From contig OZ024740.1 of assembly GCA_964016885.1 (NCBI GenBank), positions 53,630,001 through 53,694,000 on the forward strand: 64,000 nucleotides of DNA, written 5' to 3'. Shown in pieces: positions 50,884 through 62,085 of this stretch (position 1 is the first letter of the stretch; each line of letters opens with the position of its first letter). Below the pieces are notes generated by a model. The model did no database searches, was not told the DNA's origin, and saw nothing but the letters and a program-made list of their open reading frames with translations. The position numbers and the translations under genes were made by a program. Origin of the DNA: Eledone cirrhosa (Eukaryota).

Positions 50884-53800
50884 GAGTATTGAAGTTTGCT
50901 TGAAGCATTGTGGAATAATAGGTAAATATCTTTGAGTCGTTTGGAAGCCTCGACAATGCAAATGGGTAAATCTCCGGGTAGCAAGATCCGGTGCTGTAGA
51001 GAGAGATGTAAGTGGGTGTACGTTGAGATGCGTGGTGTGTATAAGACGTGTAGAAGAATGAAGGAAAGAGTATAAAGGATAAAATAAAAATAAAAACACG
51101 AGAGAGAGAGTTACCTTGGGAGAGATTTAATTGTCCCTATATATTTCGGATTCAAATCCATCAACTGGGGTTTTTTTCCGGGGTGGGGGAAAGGTTGTCT
51201 GTCGGAAAGGTGCGAAACGCATCCTCCGCTGTTTGTTGTTTTGAATATCTGAGGTATTCAGCAGAGCGCGCGTGCGCGTGAAATGGGGTCGGTCGGGCAG
51301 AGGTCAGCGGCCGAATGTGGGAGTGGGGTGGTGCTAGCTGTCAGTCCATTCTCTGCCTGTTTGTTAAATGTAACTGTGTGTGTGTGTGCGTGTGTTGTTG
51401 TCTCGCTTGAGTGTCTGTGTGTTTGTTGTTGCCTTGTTCCTCTGTATTGGCAGTGTAGTATGTTCGTATGGTGGAATGCTACTGTGTATGTGTGCGTGTA
51501 CGTGTGTAGTTGTCTCGTTTGTGTGTGTGTGTGCGTGTGTTGCTGCATCGTTTGTTAACTTAAACCAGCCACCTCATTTCGCTTCTCTCGGATCGATTGT
51601 TTATTTGCGGTGCAAGGCGTTTGATAAAAAGCGCTTCCTTGATACGTAACGTGCCGACGTTTCTTTCAGTCGCTAGAATTGTGACAATGGGTCTTCCGTC
51701 TTTGTTTCCGCATTTGTCTATGTGTTTCCGGAAAGACGAGGCCCTGGTTTTAGTGTGTTCCTTGATCCGGTTGTGCAAAGGTCGGATTGTGCTACCTATA
51801 TAGTATTGGTTGCACCTGTCACATTCTATCTCATACACGACGTATGTGCGTAGGCAACAGTTCGCATTGCGTATCGGGCAGTCTCTGAGGGAGCACGCGT
51901 CAGTAGATTTCCCGGGTTTCCAGGAGAGGCATTTTCACAGGGAGGGGCCCGAGTGGGCCAGGTGGATGTCGAGGCTCTCCCTCCGTATAGCTTTGCGGAT
52001 AGCGTTGGTGGTATTCTCGCCCAGGTGTGGCATTTTAAGGAAGCACTTGCCTTGGGTGCCTCTCTGTCTCTTGTGTCTGGTGTCTCCTACTCTGTCTGTG
52101 AGCGAGGTAGGGTATCCGTTCGTCTCCAGCACCTCGAGGAATCGCTTGGTATGAGTGACACCACTCGCGGGATCGCTGCATCTGTTTTTAATTCGCGCGA
52201 TCTCGTTCGTGATGAATCCTCTTTTGGCACTGTTATTTAGGGCGGACTTGTAGTGAACGAACAGGTCCTTGCAGGCTGCTTTTCGGTAGAAGTTGCAGTG
52301 GATCCTTCCCTGTTCCGTGATGTTGATTCGGAAGTCGAGAAGGCAAGTGACCCGTCTTCGTTGGGGTGTTCAACACTGAAGTCAATGTTCTCGTCCGTGT
52401 TGTTGAACGTCTCATAAATTCTGTTCGCCGTGTCTTGGGAAGACGTGAGGATGAGGATATCGTCCACGTACCTTGAGAAAAAGGCGACGGCGTTGGGGTG
52501 GCAGGCGTTGAGTGCCTTGCGCTCGATGTTGTCCATGTAAGAGATCGCTAGCACACCCGATAGGCTTGATCCTATGGGCAAACCCGAGGTTTGTTGGTAT
52601 GTTTGGTCAAGGAATCCGAAGTAGGTGTTGTCGACGACGATGGATAGGAGTTGGTGGATGTCAGTGGTGGTGAGCCCGAAGCAGTGTAGGTCGGTGGATT
52701 GGACGCGTTCCATCAGTATATTGACGGCCGGGAGTGCCGGGACCGAGGTGTAGAGAGCGACTACATCAAGGCTGAAGGCATATCTGTTATTCCTTCTGTT
52801 GACGGGATCCATTTAATGCAGGCGCTTCAACACCTCCTCGGAGCTGTTAACGTGTCCCGGCAAGGTGTCTAAGTTGGGTTTGAGTATTCTGGCTAGGAGC
52901 CATGAAATTTTGTAGAGTGGTCCCTTCACGCTCGATACAATGGGCCTGATCTTCAGGTCGGGTCCCTGTTTATGTGTTTTCACGAGGTAGTAGAAGGCGG
53001 GTAGTCTGCTGTTCCTCGTGAGGAGGTTGTATCTCAGCTTCTTCGGGAGCTTCCGCCGGTCGCAGATGTTGGTCCAGGCGGCGTTGATGTGCTCTTCTAT
53101 CTGCGCGGGAGTGATTCCCGTGACCTTGGAGTAGTGGTTGTCATCGTCAAGGTGTTGGAGGGCCACGGTGATGTAGGCCTCTCTGCAGATGACGCAGAAT
53201 TATTTTCCCTTGTCGGAGGGGAGATAGATGAGGTTCTTCGATTTTAGGTTGGAGAGAGTGGTGAGTTGAGATTTGGTGAGGTTATGTGTTGTGCGTGTGT
53301 GTGTGTGTTTGTGAAGTATATCCGAGATGGAGTGTTTTAGCCTGATGAGTTTAGTGTCGAGTTCGTGGTTGGTGTGTGGGGGGTTGAGTGGGTTGTCGGG
53401 GTGGTAAGTGGGGAACTTGGGGTGGGTTGCGTGGGCGCTGTTATTTTCTGTGGCGCTGTTGATGGCGGTCACCCATTTAAGTTGGTAAGCGGCTCGACAA
53501 AAGTTGGCCTCGATGTTGAGTTTGAGTCTGTCGTCGAGACGTTGTGAGACGATGAACTTGGGTCCGAGGTGTAGGAGTTTCAGCTCGTCGCTCGTGAGAG
53601 TGCCGGTTAGGTCGGTGACCAGGTGCGTCGCATCGTTGAGGTGTGGCTCGGTGTTGGTGGATGCGGCGGTGGCGGTTGTTAAGTTGTTGTTTTCCACGTG
53701 GTTCTGGTCTGTCTGTTCGTTAGTGTCGATGTTCTCGTTGTGGCGTTTCGACAAGATCCACTCATTTTCGCTTGAGCCGTTTTTTCTCGTATTGGACTCT

Positions 53801-54187
53801 GGAGTGGTAGCACTGGTCGATTGCTTTAGTGATTTTCAGGAGCAAGTCCACGGGTGCTATTGACAGTCGATGTGTCCGCTCTGAGAGTGTCCGCTTATGG
53901 ACGAGTAATTGGCGGTTGAGATGTCTCAGGATATGTTTAATACACGTGCGATGTATGCGGTTAGTGGTTCTTTGGAAAGCTGGTGTACGTAGGCTTACTG
54001 GTAAGCGGATGTTCCTGATGGTGTTGGGGATGACATCGGTTTTTAGGCAGCGTTTCAGGAAAATAATTTGACAGCCAGCATTGGTCCATTTCTCCGACAG
54101 TCTAAACAGTTCCCTTATGGCTCAGGTGTAAGGATAAGAGAGTATTGAAGTTTGCTTGAAGCATTGTGGAATAATAGGTAAATATCT
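50884..54187 (-). mobile_element. Near full-length Penelope-like element, decayed
   Basis: N-terminal FLKRCLKTDVIP, LGPKF and SDKG; RT motifs RPIVS, SLDVVALYTSVP, QTSGLPIGSSLS and RYVDD; GIY-YIG (YEIECDRCNQYYIGSTIR). About 48-bp terminal direct repeat. Confidence 0.92.
51135..51170 (-). ncRNA. Hammerhead-like motif with non-canonical core
   Basis: CCC CAGUUGA U GGAU UUGA AUCC GAAA UAUAU A GGG, at the expected pseudo-LTR position. Confidence 0.55.
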
Positions 54188-54237
54188 CAGGCAAAATATA
54201 TTTATTTGATTATATATATATATATATTTATTTGATT

Positions 54238-54311
<74 letters not shown>

Positions 54312-54634
54312 AATCAAATAAATCTATATATATAATCAAATAAATATATTTTGCCTGAGAAAATATCTGTGTGTGTCATCAAACGTTGTACACACAGATA
54401 TTTTTTTCAATTTCCAATTGAGTTCTAGCGCGTGGCCTGAATTAATTTTAGAGTTCATTGTCATGCGCATGTATTGATTTTTTTGGCGGTAATTTACTTC
54501 CTCATTTTTGAATCAGTTTGAGCATTTCTTTAGAACTCCTGGACTAGCAACCTGACAGATACCTCAGGCACTGATGATGATTATCGCTAAATACTGATGT
54601 TGATTAGATTATCAATATTAGTATTATTGGGGTA

Positions 54635-54760
54635 CCCACTGATGAATATAGGAGCCCACTTGAATATGTATCTGTTGATGGTATACAAGCTCCTACATAA
54701 ATTGGTATAATTTCACCCAAATTGAAGGAATCCTATAATGAAACGAGACGTCCGTCTGGG
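54635..54760 (+). ncRNA. Hammerhead ribozyme with greatly extended stem II
   Basis: CCCA CUGAUGA AUAUAGGA...UCCUAUAAU GAAACG AGACGUC CGU C UGGG. Confidence 0.75.
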
Positions 54761-55333
54761 AAGAGATATATTCGATATGTCTCATATGAAATAATACAGC
54801 CAATTTTCCACGCAATACTTTTAGTTAGCACCCCGAACACTTAATTAGGAATATAATCACTTATTTCCTAATGTTTTTTGAGTGAGTTGGAATTTGGTCG
54901 GAGTATCGCTAAAAAGCTTTCTCCGATATTGTATTTATTTATTTACTCTTGGTGCAACAGATTTGGAATTCCCGGTATAAGGTTAGACTTTCTTTGTATA
55001 TTTTTTTTATATATGAATATTGATTGTTCCTTTTATATCATTCTGTTATTTTGCCTGAGAAAATATCTGTGTGTGTCTTCAAACGTTGTACACACATAGA
55101 TATTTTTTCAATTTCTAATTGAGTTCTAGCACGTGGCTTGAATTCCTTTTAGAGTTCATTGTCATGCGCATGTATTTTTTTGGGGCGGTAATTTACTTCC
55201 TCATTTTTGAATCAGTTTGAGCATTTCTTTAGAACTGCTGGACTAGCATCCTGACAGATACCTCAGGCATTGATGATGATTATCGCTAAATACTGATGTT
55301 GATTAGATTATCAATATTAGTATTATTGGAACA

Positions 55334-55460
55334 CCCACTGATGAATTATAGGAGCCCACTTGGATATATATCTATTGATGGTATACAAGCTCCTACATAA
55401 ATTGGTATAATTTCACCCAAATTGTAGGAATCCTATAATGAAACGAGACGTCCGTCTGGG
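55334..55460 (+). ncRNA. Hammerhead ribozyme with greatly extended stem II
   Basis: CCCA CUGAUGA AUUAUAGGA...UCCUAUAAU GAAACG AGACGUC CGU C UGGG. The base of stem II is a perfect 9-bp helix. Confidence 0.8.
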
Positions 55461-55657
55461 AAGAGATATATTCGATATGTCTCATATGAAATAATACAGC
55501 CAATTTTACACGCAATACTTTTAGTTAGCACCCCGAACGCTTAATTAGGAATATAATCACTTATTTCCTAATGTTTGTTGAGTGAGTTGGAATTTGGCCG
55601 GAGTATCGCTAAAAAGCTTTCTCCGATATTTATTTATTTATATATATATATATATAT

Positions 55658-55798
55658 AAGGAATCAAATAAATATATATATTTTTTTTAAATAAGACTCC
55701 AGTTGCATTTTCGATTTCATCTTTTTTTCTTTATACTTTCATTCGTGTAGGACACCTCGGTTATTTTTCATTTTGTAAATAAACCTCACTTTCTAATA
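55658..55798 (+). repeat. Copy of the 44230-44590 family lacking the HHR core
   Basis: Matches 44511 onward and the reverse complement of about 44225-44367. Confidence 0.85.
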
Positions 55799-56495
55799 TA
55801 TAGAAAATATATGAAAATTGTTATGGGGCTGAATCAATAACTAGTAATATATACTGGTTATCATAAAGGAAAAAATCATTCCCAGCGTTCAAAATAGTCA
55901 ATCGTTTGATTCCCTTGTTTCATACTGCTAGCTGCAAGTGTTTCTTCTCTCGACATTATGTCCTTACAATTTTGTAATGTATATATTCTTTTGACAGGAT
56001 GATTGATTTTGACAATATCAAACATGCGTCAATTCAAATTGTTTTTTTATGGGAAATTATATTGAAGAAAAAGTCATAATTATTCTTCATCTTTATTTCG
56101 GGATTTGTGCTGGTAACTTAAAAAAACCATTTATGATATTATTATAATTTGTTGATGTTGTTTAGCTACAGCATAAGCTCTGCTATGGCAGAGGTTTGAT
56201 TCCATTTGTCAGGTATTCTGTTTGTAATCATGCATTTCTTTATGCATATTGTGATTAACATGGAAACATAATTATTTCTGGTTGCATAAGTCCTGATTTA
56301 GTTCTGTACGACTAGTATCCACATCTAACTTCATCTGATCTGACTTAGTATATTATATACTAATATGTATACGTTAGTTTTATACACTTGACGAGATGTG
56401 TTGGCTGAATACATATATATATATATACTATATCAAGCGTAAAACTAATATATATTTCTTCATTGAACTTTATTTCTATTTGCCTTTTGCCTATA

Positions 56496-56788
56496 CAGTA
56501 GAACCTCGCAGTACGATTGCCCCGTTGTACGAGTAATTTGCTGTACAAGCAGAAGCTCGTGCGAACTTTTGTCATGTAGTGCGAGTGGAAATGCGCAGTA
56601 CGAATGAGTTTCATAAATTAATAAAACCAGTTTACATATTTCTTTTGCATTCTCTTTTATTATGTTTTTATAAATGCCATTTTCCTTGTAACTTCACTAT
56701 TTCTATTTTAAAACCCATAAATATGAATTGTGGGTGCTTTAGGGGGGCTGGAATGGATTATTTATATCTTACTTCATGTCAATGGGAA

Positions 56789-56790
<2 letters not shown>
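56496..56790 (+). mobile_element. Tigger/pogo-like MITE remnant
   Basis: TA followed by CAGTAGAACCTCG..TACGA resembles a Tigger terminus, and ggaatggatta...atgggaaa resembles its subterminal region. The right terminal repeat is missing. Confidence 0.55.
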
Positions 56791-56871
<81 letters not shown>

Positions 56872-57009
56872 AGTGTAAGTTTCTACACAAAACGAAGGTT
56901 ATAGAGAAAATTGAGGTTGGTAATGGCACATGGAATATATAAGAGACAGAATACTTTTTTGTGAAAAAACATATAATTTTATAAGGTAAGGAAAGAATAA
57001 AGGGTATAA

Positions 57010-57057
57010 AAAATGACCGGTTTCGATGGGTCTGCAAAAGCCATCTTTTCAAATGTT
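57010..57057 (-). ncRNA. Hammerhead ribozyme, U3-A8 variant
   Basis: AACAU UUGAAAA GAUGG...CCAUC GAAA CCGGU C AUUUU. Stem I has one mismatch. Confidence 0.75.
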
Positions 57058-57504
57058 GATTAATATTAAGAAAAATTAATAATAAGAAGAGTTAAAATTT
57101 GAGATTTGAAAATTCAAGTATAAAATTCAGTGTGGGATTTCATAGTAGTTTTCATCTTGGTAGCAGCAAGTTGACTGCTGTGTGCCTTTCTGGTAGTGAA
57201 TGAGGAGTTATTTGCGGGGAGTGTTTTTTTTTTATAAAGGTCCGATTTAGCAATGGTCAGATGGCCAGCTGCTGGTCAGTGAGGGGGTGGAAGCAATATA
57301 CATACGTATATCTCCCTGTGGTCGGTAGGAGAGGGGAGAGTGATAGAAAGGGATTTAGTGCACTTACACATATATATACACACATACCCTCATCCACACA
57401 CACATACATATACATATACATACATATATATATATATACACACACATACATACACATACACACATATACACACACATACATACACACACACATACATATA
57501 CATA

Positions 57505-57542
<38 letters not shown>

Positions 57543-57607
57543 CACATACACACACATATATACACACACACACACATATATATACATACACATACATACA
57601 GATACAC

Positions 57608-57646
<39 letters not shown>

Positions 57647-58289
57647 CACTATATATATATATGTACATACACATATATACACACATATATATATATATAT
57701 ATACACACACACATACATACACACACACACATATATACATACACACATACAAACACACACATATATACACACACACATATATACACACACACACATATAT
57801 ATACACATACGCATACATCCAGATACACACATACATACAAACACACACACACACACAATACATACACATACATACATTCACATGCACACACATACACACA
57901 CACACACACACACATACACATACATACACCCACACACATAGAGAAATGGCCTCCAAATATATATATATACATACATACACATATATTTTTTCCATAATAT
58001 AAGAAGTAAGGACAGTGAAATTAAAATACAAGTCATTCTGATCACATTGAGTTCTTCATGTAGATTGGGCCCCGCAACCGACAGTGGTGAATTCTGTGTG
58101 CGCATATATATATAGATATATGTGTGTGCACGTGCAGGGTTTAACATGGATGTGTTGGTCACATAAAGGCATGGTCTGTCAACGAATAAACCTGATTCTA
58201 CAGAATTGGTCTCTGGTCTTTAATAGTAGTGATAATTATATACATGCACACATACACACACATATCTGTCACTCCGTGCGTATGTGTGT

Positions 58290-60233
58290 TTATATTTTAT
58301 GACAATTATATTGGGGTGATAACCCGTTTAGTTTTGGTTTAAATTTGTTAAGGAATAGATTTTCTTTGTTTATTCTTTGTTGCTGTGTGAACGAATCTGA
58401 GCACTTGTAGAAGGGGAAGATTTTAAAGTTGGGTAGTGTCATTCCTGCGCAGTTCGCAATATGGCTGCTCAAGGGGATTTTTCTTGTGTTAGCGTCCCGG
58501 ATTTGTTGGCGGTGGATGGTCATTCTTTTGCGTAATGAGGTGTCCGTCTGTCCTATGTAGTTGTGTTTGCACCCACCGCAAGTTATTGCGTAAATCAAGT
58601 TCTCCGAGTTGCAGGTGAAATTGTTTTTTACTGTAAATGTTTGGCCATCTTTAAATGTAAATTTTTGTCCTTCAGTTAGGTAGAGGCACGTTCCACAGTT
58701 TGTTCTACCACATTTGGTAACTGTAGGGTTGAGGATTGGTGTGGGTATATTTGGTCCAGTGAGAATGTGTTTTAGTGATTTGGGTTGTCTTTTACTTTTA
58801 AGGATCTTGTGTGTTTCAAGAATAGACTTCATTTTTACATCTTTAAGTAGGATGGGGAGGTTTTTGCGTAGGTGATCAAACATTTCGGTATTTCTGGGGT
58901 TGAAAGTGGATACATATGGCAGGGTGTTGAGTGTGGTTTTCTGTTTTGGATTGTTAAGTTGATGCGGATTTAGGTGTTTTGCCCTGTCTATTTCATTGTT
59001 GATTATTTCAAGTGGAAAGTCTCTTAAGATAAGGGTGTCTTTTAGTTCCTTTAGTCTTTGCTCCCGTTTAGGTGGATCTGATACTATGGTACATATACGT
59101 TTGGCCAAATTGTAAGGAATGTTAAGTTTTGTATGTTTTGGGTGACTTGATGTGAAAAAGAGGTATTGCTTGGAATCTGTGGGTTTATAGAATATATCTG
59201 TATCTAATTTTCCGTCTATTACAGAGATGAGAATATCCAAGAAGGCTAATTCCTTGGGATTGGATTCCATTGTGAATTGTATGTTATTATCTATGTTGTT
59301 TATCATGTTTTTAAACATAGTAAGTGAGTTCATGTCTTCTTGCCATAGGATAAAGCAGTCGTCTAGATATCTTTTCCAATTGGCTTTGAGGTGTGTGTGG
59401 AAAGAGTCTCCAAATAAGAGAAGGGACTGACTGTATATTTGTTGTTCATGGAATCCCATGACTAGGTTGGCATATGTGGGTGCTACTTTCGTGCCCATTG
59501 CAGTACCTGATACTTGTCTGTATGTTGAACCATTGAATGTGAAGTAGTTATTTTGTAGGATAAAGCGGAGTCCGTCAGTGATAAAATCTTTGTTGATGCG
59601 TGTCGGTATTTGTGATGGGTGTGTGTTAAGCCAGTATTGGACTGCTGTTATTCCATAGTTGTGGGGTATGTTTGTGTAGAGGTTTATTACGTCAAAGGAG
59701 ACAAGAATTGTATTTGCACTTACTGTTTTAGGGAGGTGTTTCAGCATGTCAAGGTCATCTCGTATGTAGCTCTGTATATGTTGTAGAAAGGGTTTCAGTA
59801 GGATGTCCAGAAAGTTGCTAAGTCTGTGGGTTTCACATGTAGGGCCTGCTATAATTGGCCTGAGTTTTAGGTCTTCTGGTGGTGTTAGTTCAATGTAATT
59901 GTTGGTTGAGGTGTCACATGCATCGTTTATGGGTTTACATTTGTGGAGTTTCGGTAAGCCGTAAAAAGAGCTTGTGTTGCATTTGAAGTGGCTTATATAG
60001 TTAAACTCTTTTGTGGTTAAGCTGTTGCGGTATTTATTCAGTAAGGTCAAAAGGTTCCCCATTGTTTTGGTGTGTTTGTAGTTTTCTGTTTTTTCATAGT
60101 ATGTGTTGTTTTCTAAAATGTTAAGTGCGAGGGTCCTATAGTAGTCCGTATTCATAATGACAACAGTACTGCCTTTATCGGCTTCTTTGAGGGTTATATC
60201 AGGGTTGTTTCTAAGTGTGAATAATTCTTCCAA
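58290..60233 (-). CDS. PLE reverse transcriptase with C-terminal GIY-YIG endonuclease (uninterrupted 647-aa portion)
   Basis: ADKG, FYGLPKLHK, RPII, SFDVINLYTNIP, GTAMGT, RYLDD, FLD, CGRTNCGTC linker, NLIYAITC...YIGQT. The region further N-terminal is interrupted. Confidence 0.9.
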   Translation of the reverse strand: MEELFTLRNNPDITLKEADKGSTVVIMNTDYYRTLALNILENNTYYEKTENYKHTKTMGNLLTLLNKYRNSLTTKEFNYISHFKCNTSSFYGLPKLHKCKPINDACDTSTNNYIELTPPEDLKLRPIIAGPTCETHRLSNFLDILLKPFLQHIQSYIRDDLDMLKHLPKTVSANTILVSFDVINLYTNIPHNYGITAVQYWLNTHPSQIPTRINKDFITDGLRFILQNNYFTFNGSTYRQVSGTAMGTKVAPTYANLVMGFHEQQIYSQSLLLFGDSFHTHLKANWKRYLDDCFILWQEDMNSLTMFKNMINNIDNNIQFTMESNPKELAFLDILISVIDGKLDTDIFYKPTDSKQYLFFTSSHPKHTKLNIPYNLAKRICTIVSDPPKREQRLKELKDTLILRDFPLEIINNEIDRAKHLNPHQLNNPKQKTTLNTLPYVSTFNPRNTEMFDHLRKNLPILLKDVKMKSILETHKILKSKRQPKSLKHILTGPNIPTPILNPTVTKCGRTNCGTCLYLTEGQKFTFKDGQTFTVKNNFTCNSENLIYAITCGGCKHNYIGQTDTSLRKRMTIHRQQIRDANTRKIPLSSHIANCAGMTLPNFKIFPFYKCSDSFTQQQRINKENLFLNKFKPKLNGLSPQYNCHKI

Positions 60234-61284
60234 TTCGTGTGTAGATAGGTTTGATTTCGTGTGTTTATTTGTAATTTTTTCATAGGGAAAGTTGGTGATG
60301 TGTTCGCAGTACGTGTCCAGTGCTTTATTTCTTCCCTTTTGTGGGCAGAAATTGCTTTTATTTCTAACCAGTGATTCGTCAGTGTTGGTGTCGTTGTGGA
60401 AGAATTCCGTTAGTCGCAGCTTTCAGCAGTATTCTATGATGTCATCCTTCATTTCGGGGAAGTTTGGTTTACGTGGTGTAGGTGTAAATTTCAGGCCCTT
60501 ACTTAAAATGTTGATTTGTGTGTTGGTTAGAGGTGTCTTTGAGAGGTTGGTTATTTTTGGTTTCTCCTGAGGGGTGCCATCGAGTATCCTGGTATTTCAG
60601 GCTTTTCCTTAAAAAAGGAATGTAGTTTTGTGTGTGATTATATTTTGTTGGTCTGTTGCGTGTGGGTCTGTAGCTTGTTGTTTCATGAGGGTGAATGTGA
60701 TGGTGGGGGTGGTATGTGTTGTGGTTGTTAATGAGCAAGGGTTCTGTTGTTGGTTCATGTGGTCTGGGTGCATTATTTCTGCGGTACAGAGTGTTGAGGT
60801 TGGGGGGTTGTCTTTTGTTGGATTGAGGGTGATATCTGGTGTGGTTGTGGGTAAGTTCTGTCGTGATTTCAAGTGGACTGGGTGGATTTCTTCTGAGGAA
60901 TGTGGTGTGTGTGTTGTGATTTGGATCTATGTTATTTCGTCGTTGGTTTATGTAGGGGGTATTTCTACGGAAACCTGTGTTGTGGTGGTTGGGTGTGTTT
61001 CTTTTGGTGTAGTTGGCCGTATTTGGTTTGTGTTGGTGGGGGATGTGCCTGTGGTTAGTGTGTGTTGGGTTTGGTGGTGTAAATGTGTCTGTTGTAGTTC
61101 TTGTTATATTCAAATGCTTTATAAAGGGGTTACCTGTTTGGTGCGTCCTTTTAAAGTCTTCTTCATATTTGAGGAACCAGTTTTCGGATTTATATATATA
61201 TATACTGATACACTGGTGGGATGGTTCGGATCTCAGCCGTCGGGGTCCTGACTCTTTTCCTATGTATATATATATATAATAATA

Positions 61285-61449
61285 ATTTTTTCTACTTTTG
61301 GCTCAAGGCCACCAAATACCCAGTACATTACTGGTACTTTATTTTATCGACTCCGTAAGGATGAAAGGCAAAGTTAACCTCGGCGGGATTTGAACTCAGA
61401 TCGTAAAGGGACATAACTATGCTGGAAAGCATTTCCGGCTCTCTACCGA
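61285..61449 (-). mobile_element. tRNA-derived SINE, short variant
   Basis: Same family as 4496-4720. Confidence 0.85.
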
Positions 61450-61739
61450 AACATCATATGATGACGGGACTAGCATGAGTTTCACTGTTAGTACCGGTTG
61501 CATCTCAGCGTACTCAATAGGTAATGTAATGTAAAATCCCAGAGAAGATACAGAGTTATTTCTTCAATATAAGACACGTAAATGGGTACCTCAAATCTAT
61601 ACCCGTATTCTCACTTTTCCTACGATTATCTATCAAGATATGTTTGTCTTGATTTCCTAGCTTTTGCTTCAGGAGATTTCCTTTCCCTTATTTTTGCGTA
61701 TACCCCTATTATTTCCTATTATTAGTCCAATCACTAGAA

Positions 61740-61900
61740 TGGTTGAATGGCAGAAATGGTAAAGAGTTGGATAAAATGTCATTACGGTATTTCTTTCAAC
61801 ACTTTAGCCGGATTTGCCTTTCACCCTACTCAAATTGATAATATAAACTACCAGTTAAGTATTGGGTCGATTTAATTGACTTACCCCTTTTTCCAAATGT
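61740..61900 (+). mobile_element. Older, diverged SINE copy
   Basis: tggcagaaatggta...tttgcctttcacc...accagtt...gggtcgatttaattgac. Confidence 0.65.
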
Positions 61901-61905
61901 GCCTC

Positions 61906-62085
61906 GGATTGGCAGTATCGGTAGAAGGTCGGACATGATTTGCAGCCCAGCGTTACGTCCCTTTACGGACTGAGTTCAAATCACGCCGGGGTTAGCTTTG
62001 CCTTTCATCCTTACGAGGTCGATAAAATAAAGTACCAGTAATGTACTGGGTAATTGCTGGCCTTGTGCCAAAAGTAGAAACAATT
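61906..62085 (+). mobile_element. tRNA-derived SINE, short variant
   Basis: Same family; B-box-like GTTCAAATCA. Confidence 0.88.

Larger units (their letters stand above)
54349..55630 (+). repeat. 700-bp ORF-less tandem repeat (about 1.8 units), one HHR per unit
   Basis: ttttgcctgagaaaatatctgtg occurs at 54349 and 55049. Confidence 0.93.
56867..61190 (-). mobile_element. Near full-length Penelope-like element, Neptune-like
   Basis: Intact RT-GIY-YIG ORF 58290..60233, upstream LSKGLKFTPTP, microsatellite-rich 3' UTR with an HHR at 57010. Bounded by (TA)n. Confidence 0.9.

Noticed and set aside
54571-54600. Second CTGATGA in the 700-bp unit
   Set aside because: No matching GAAA or stems; the other unit reads TTGATGA here.
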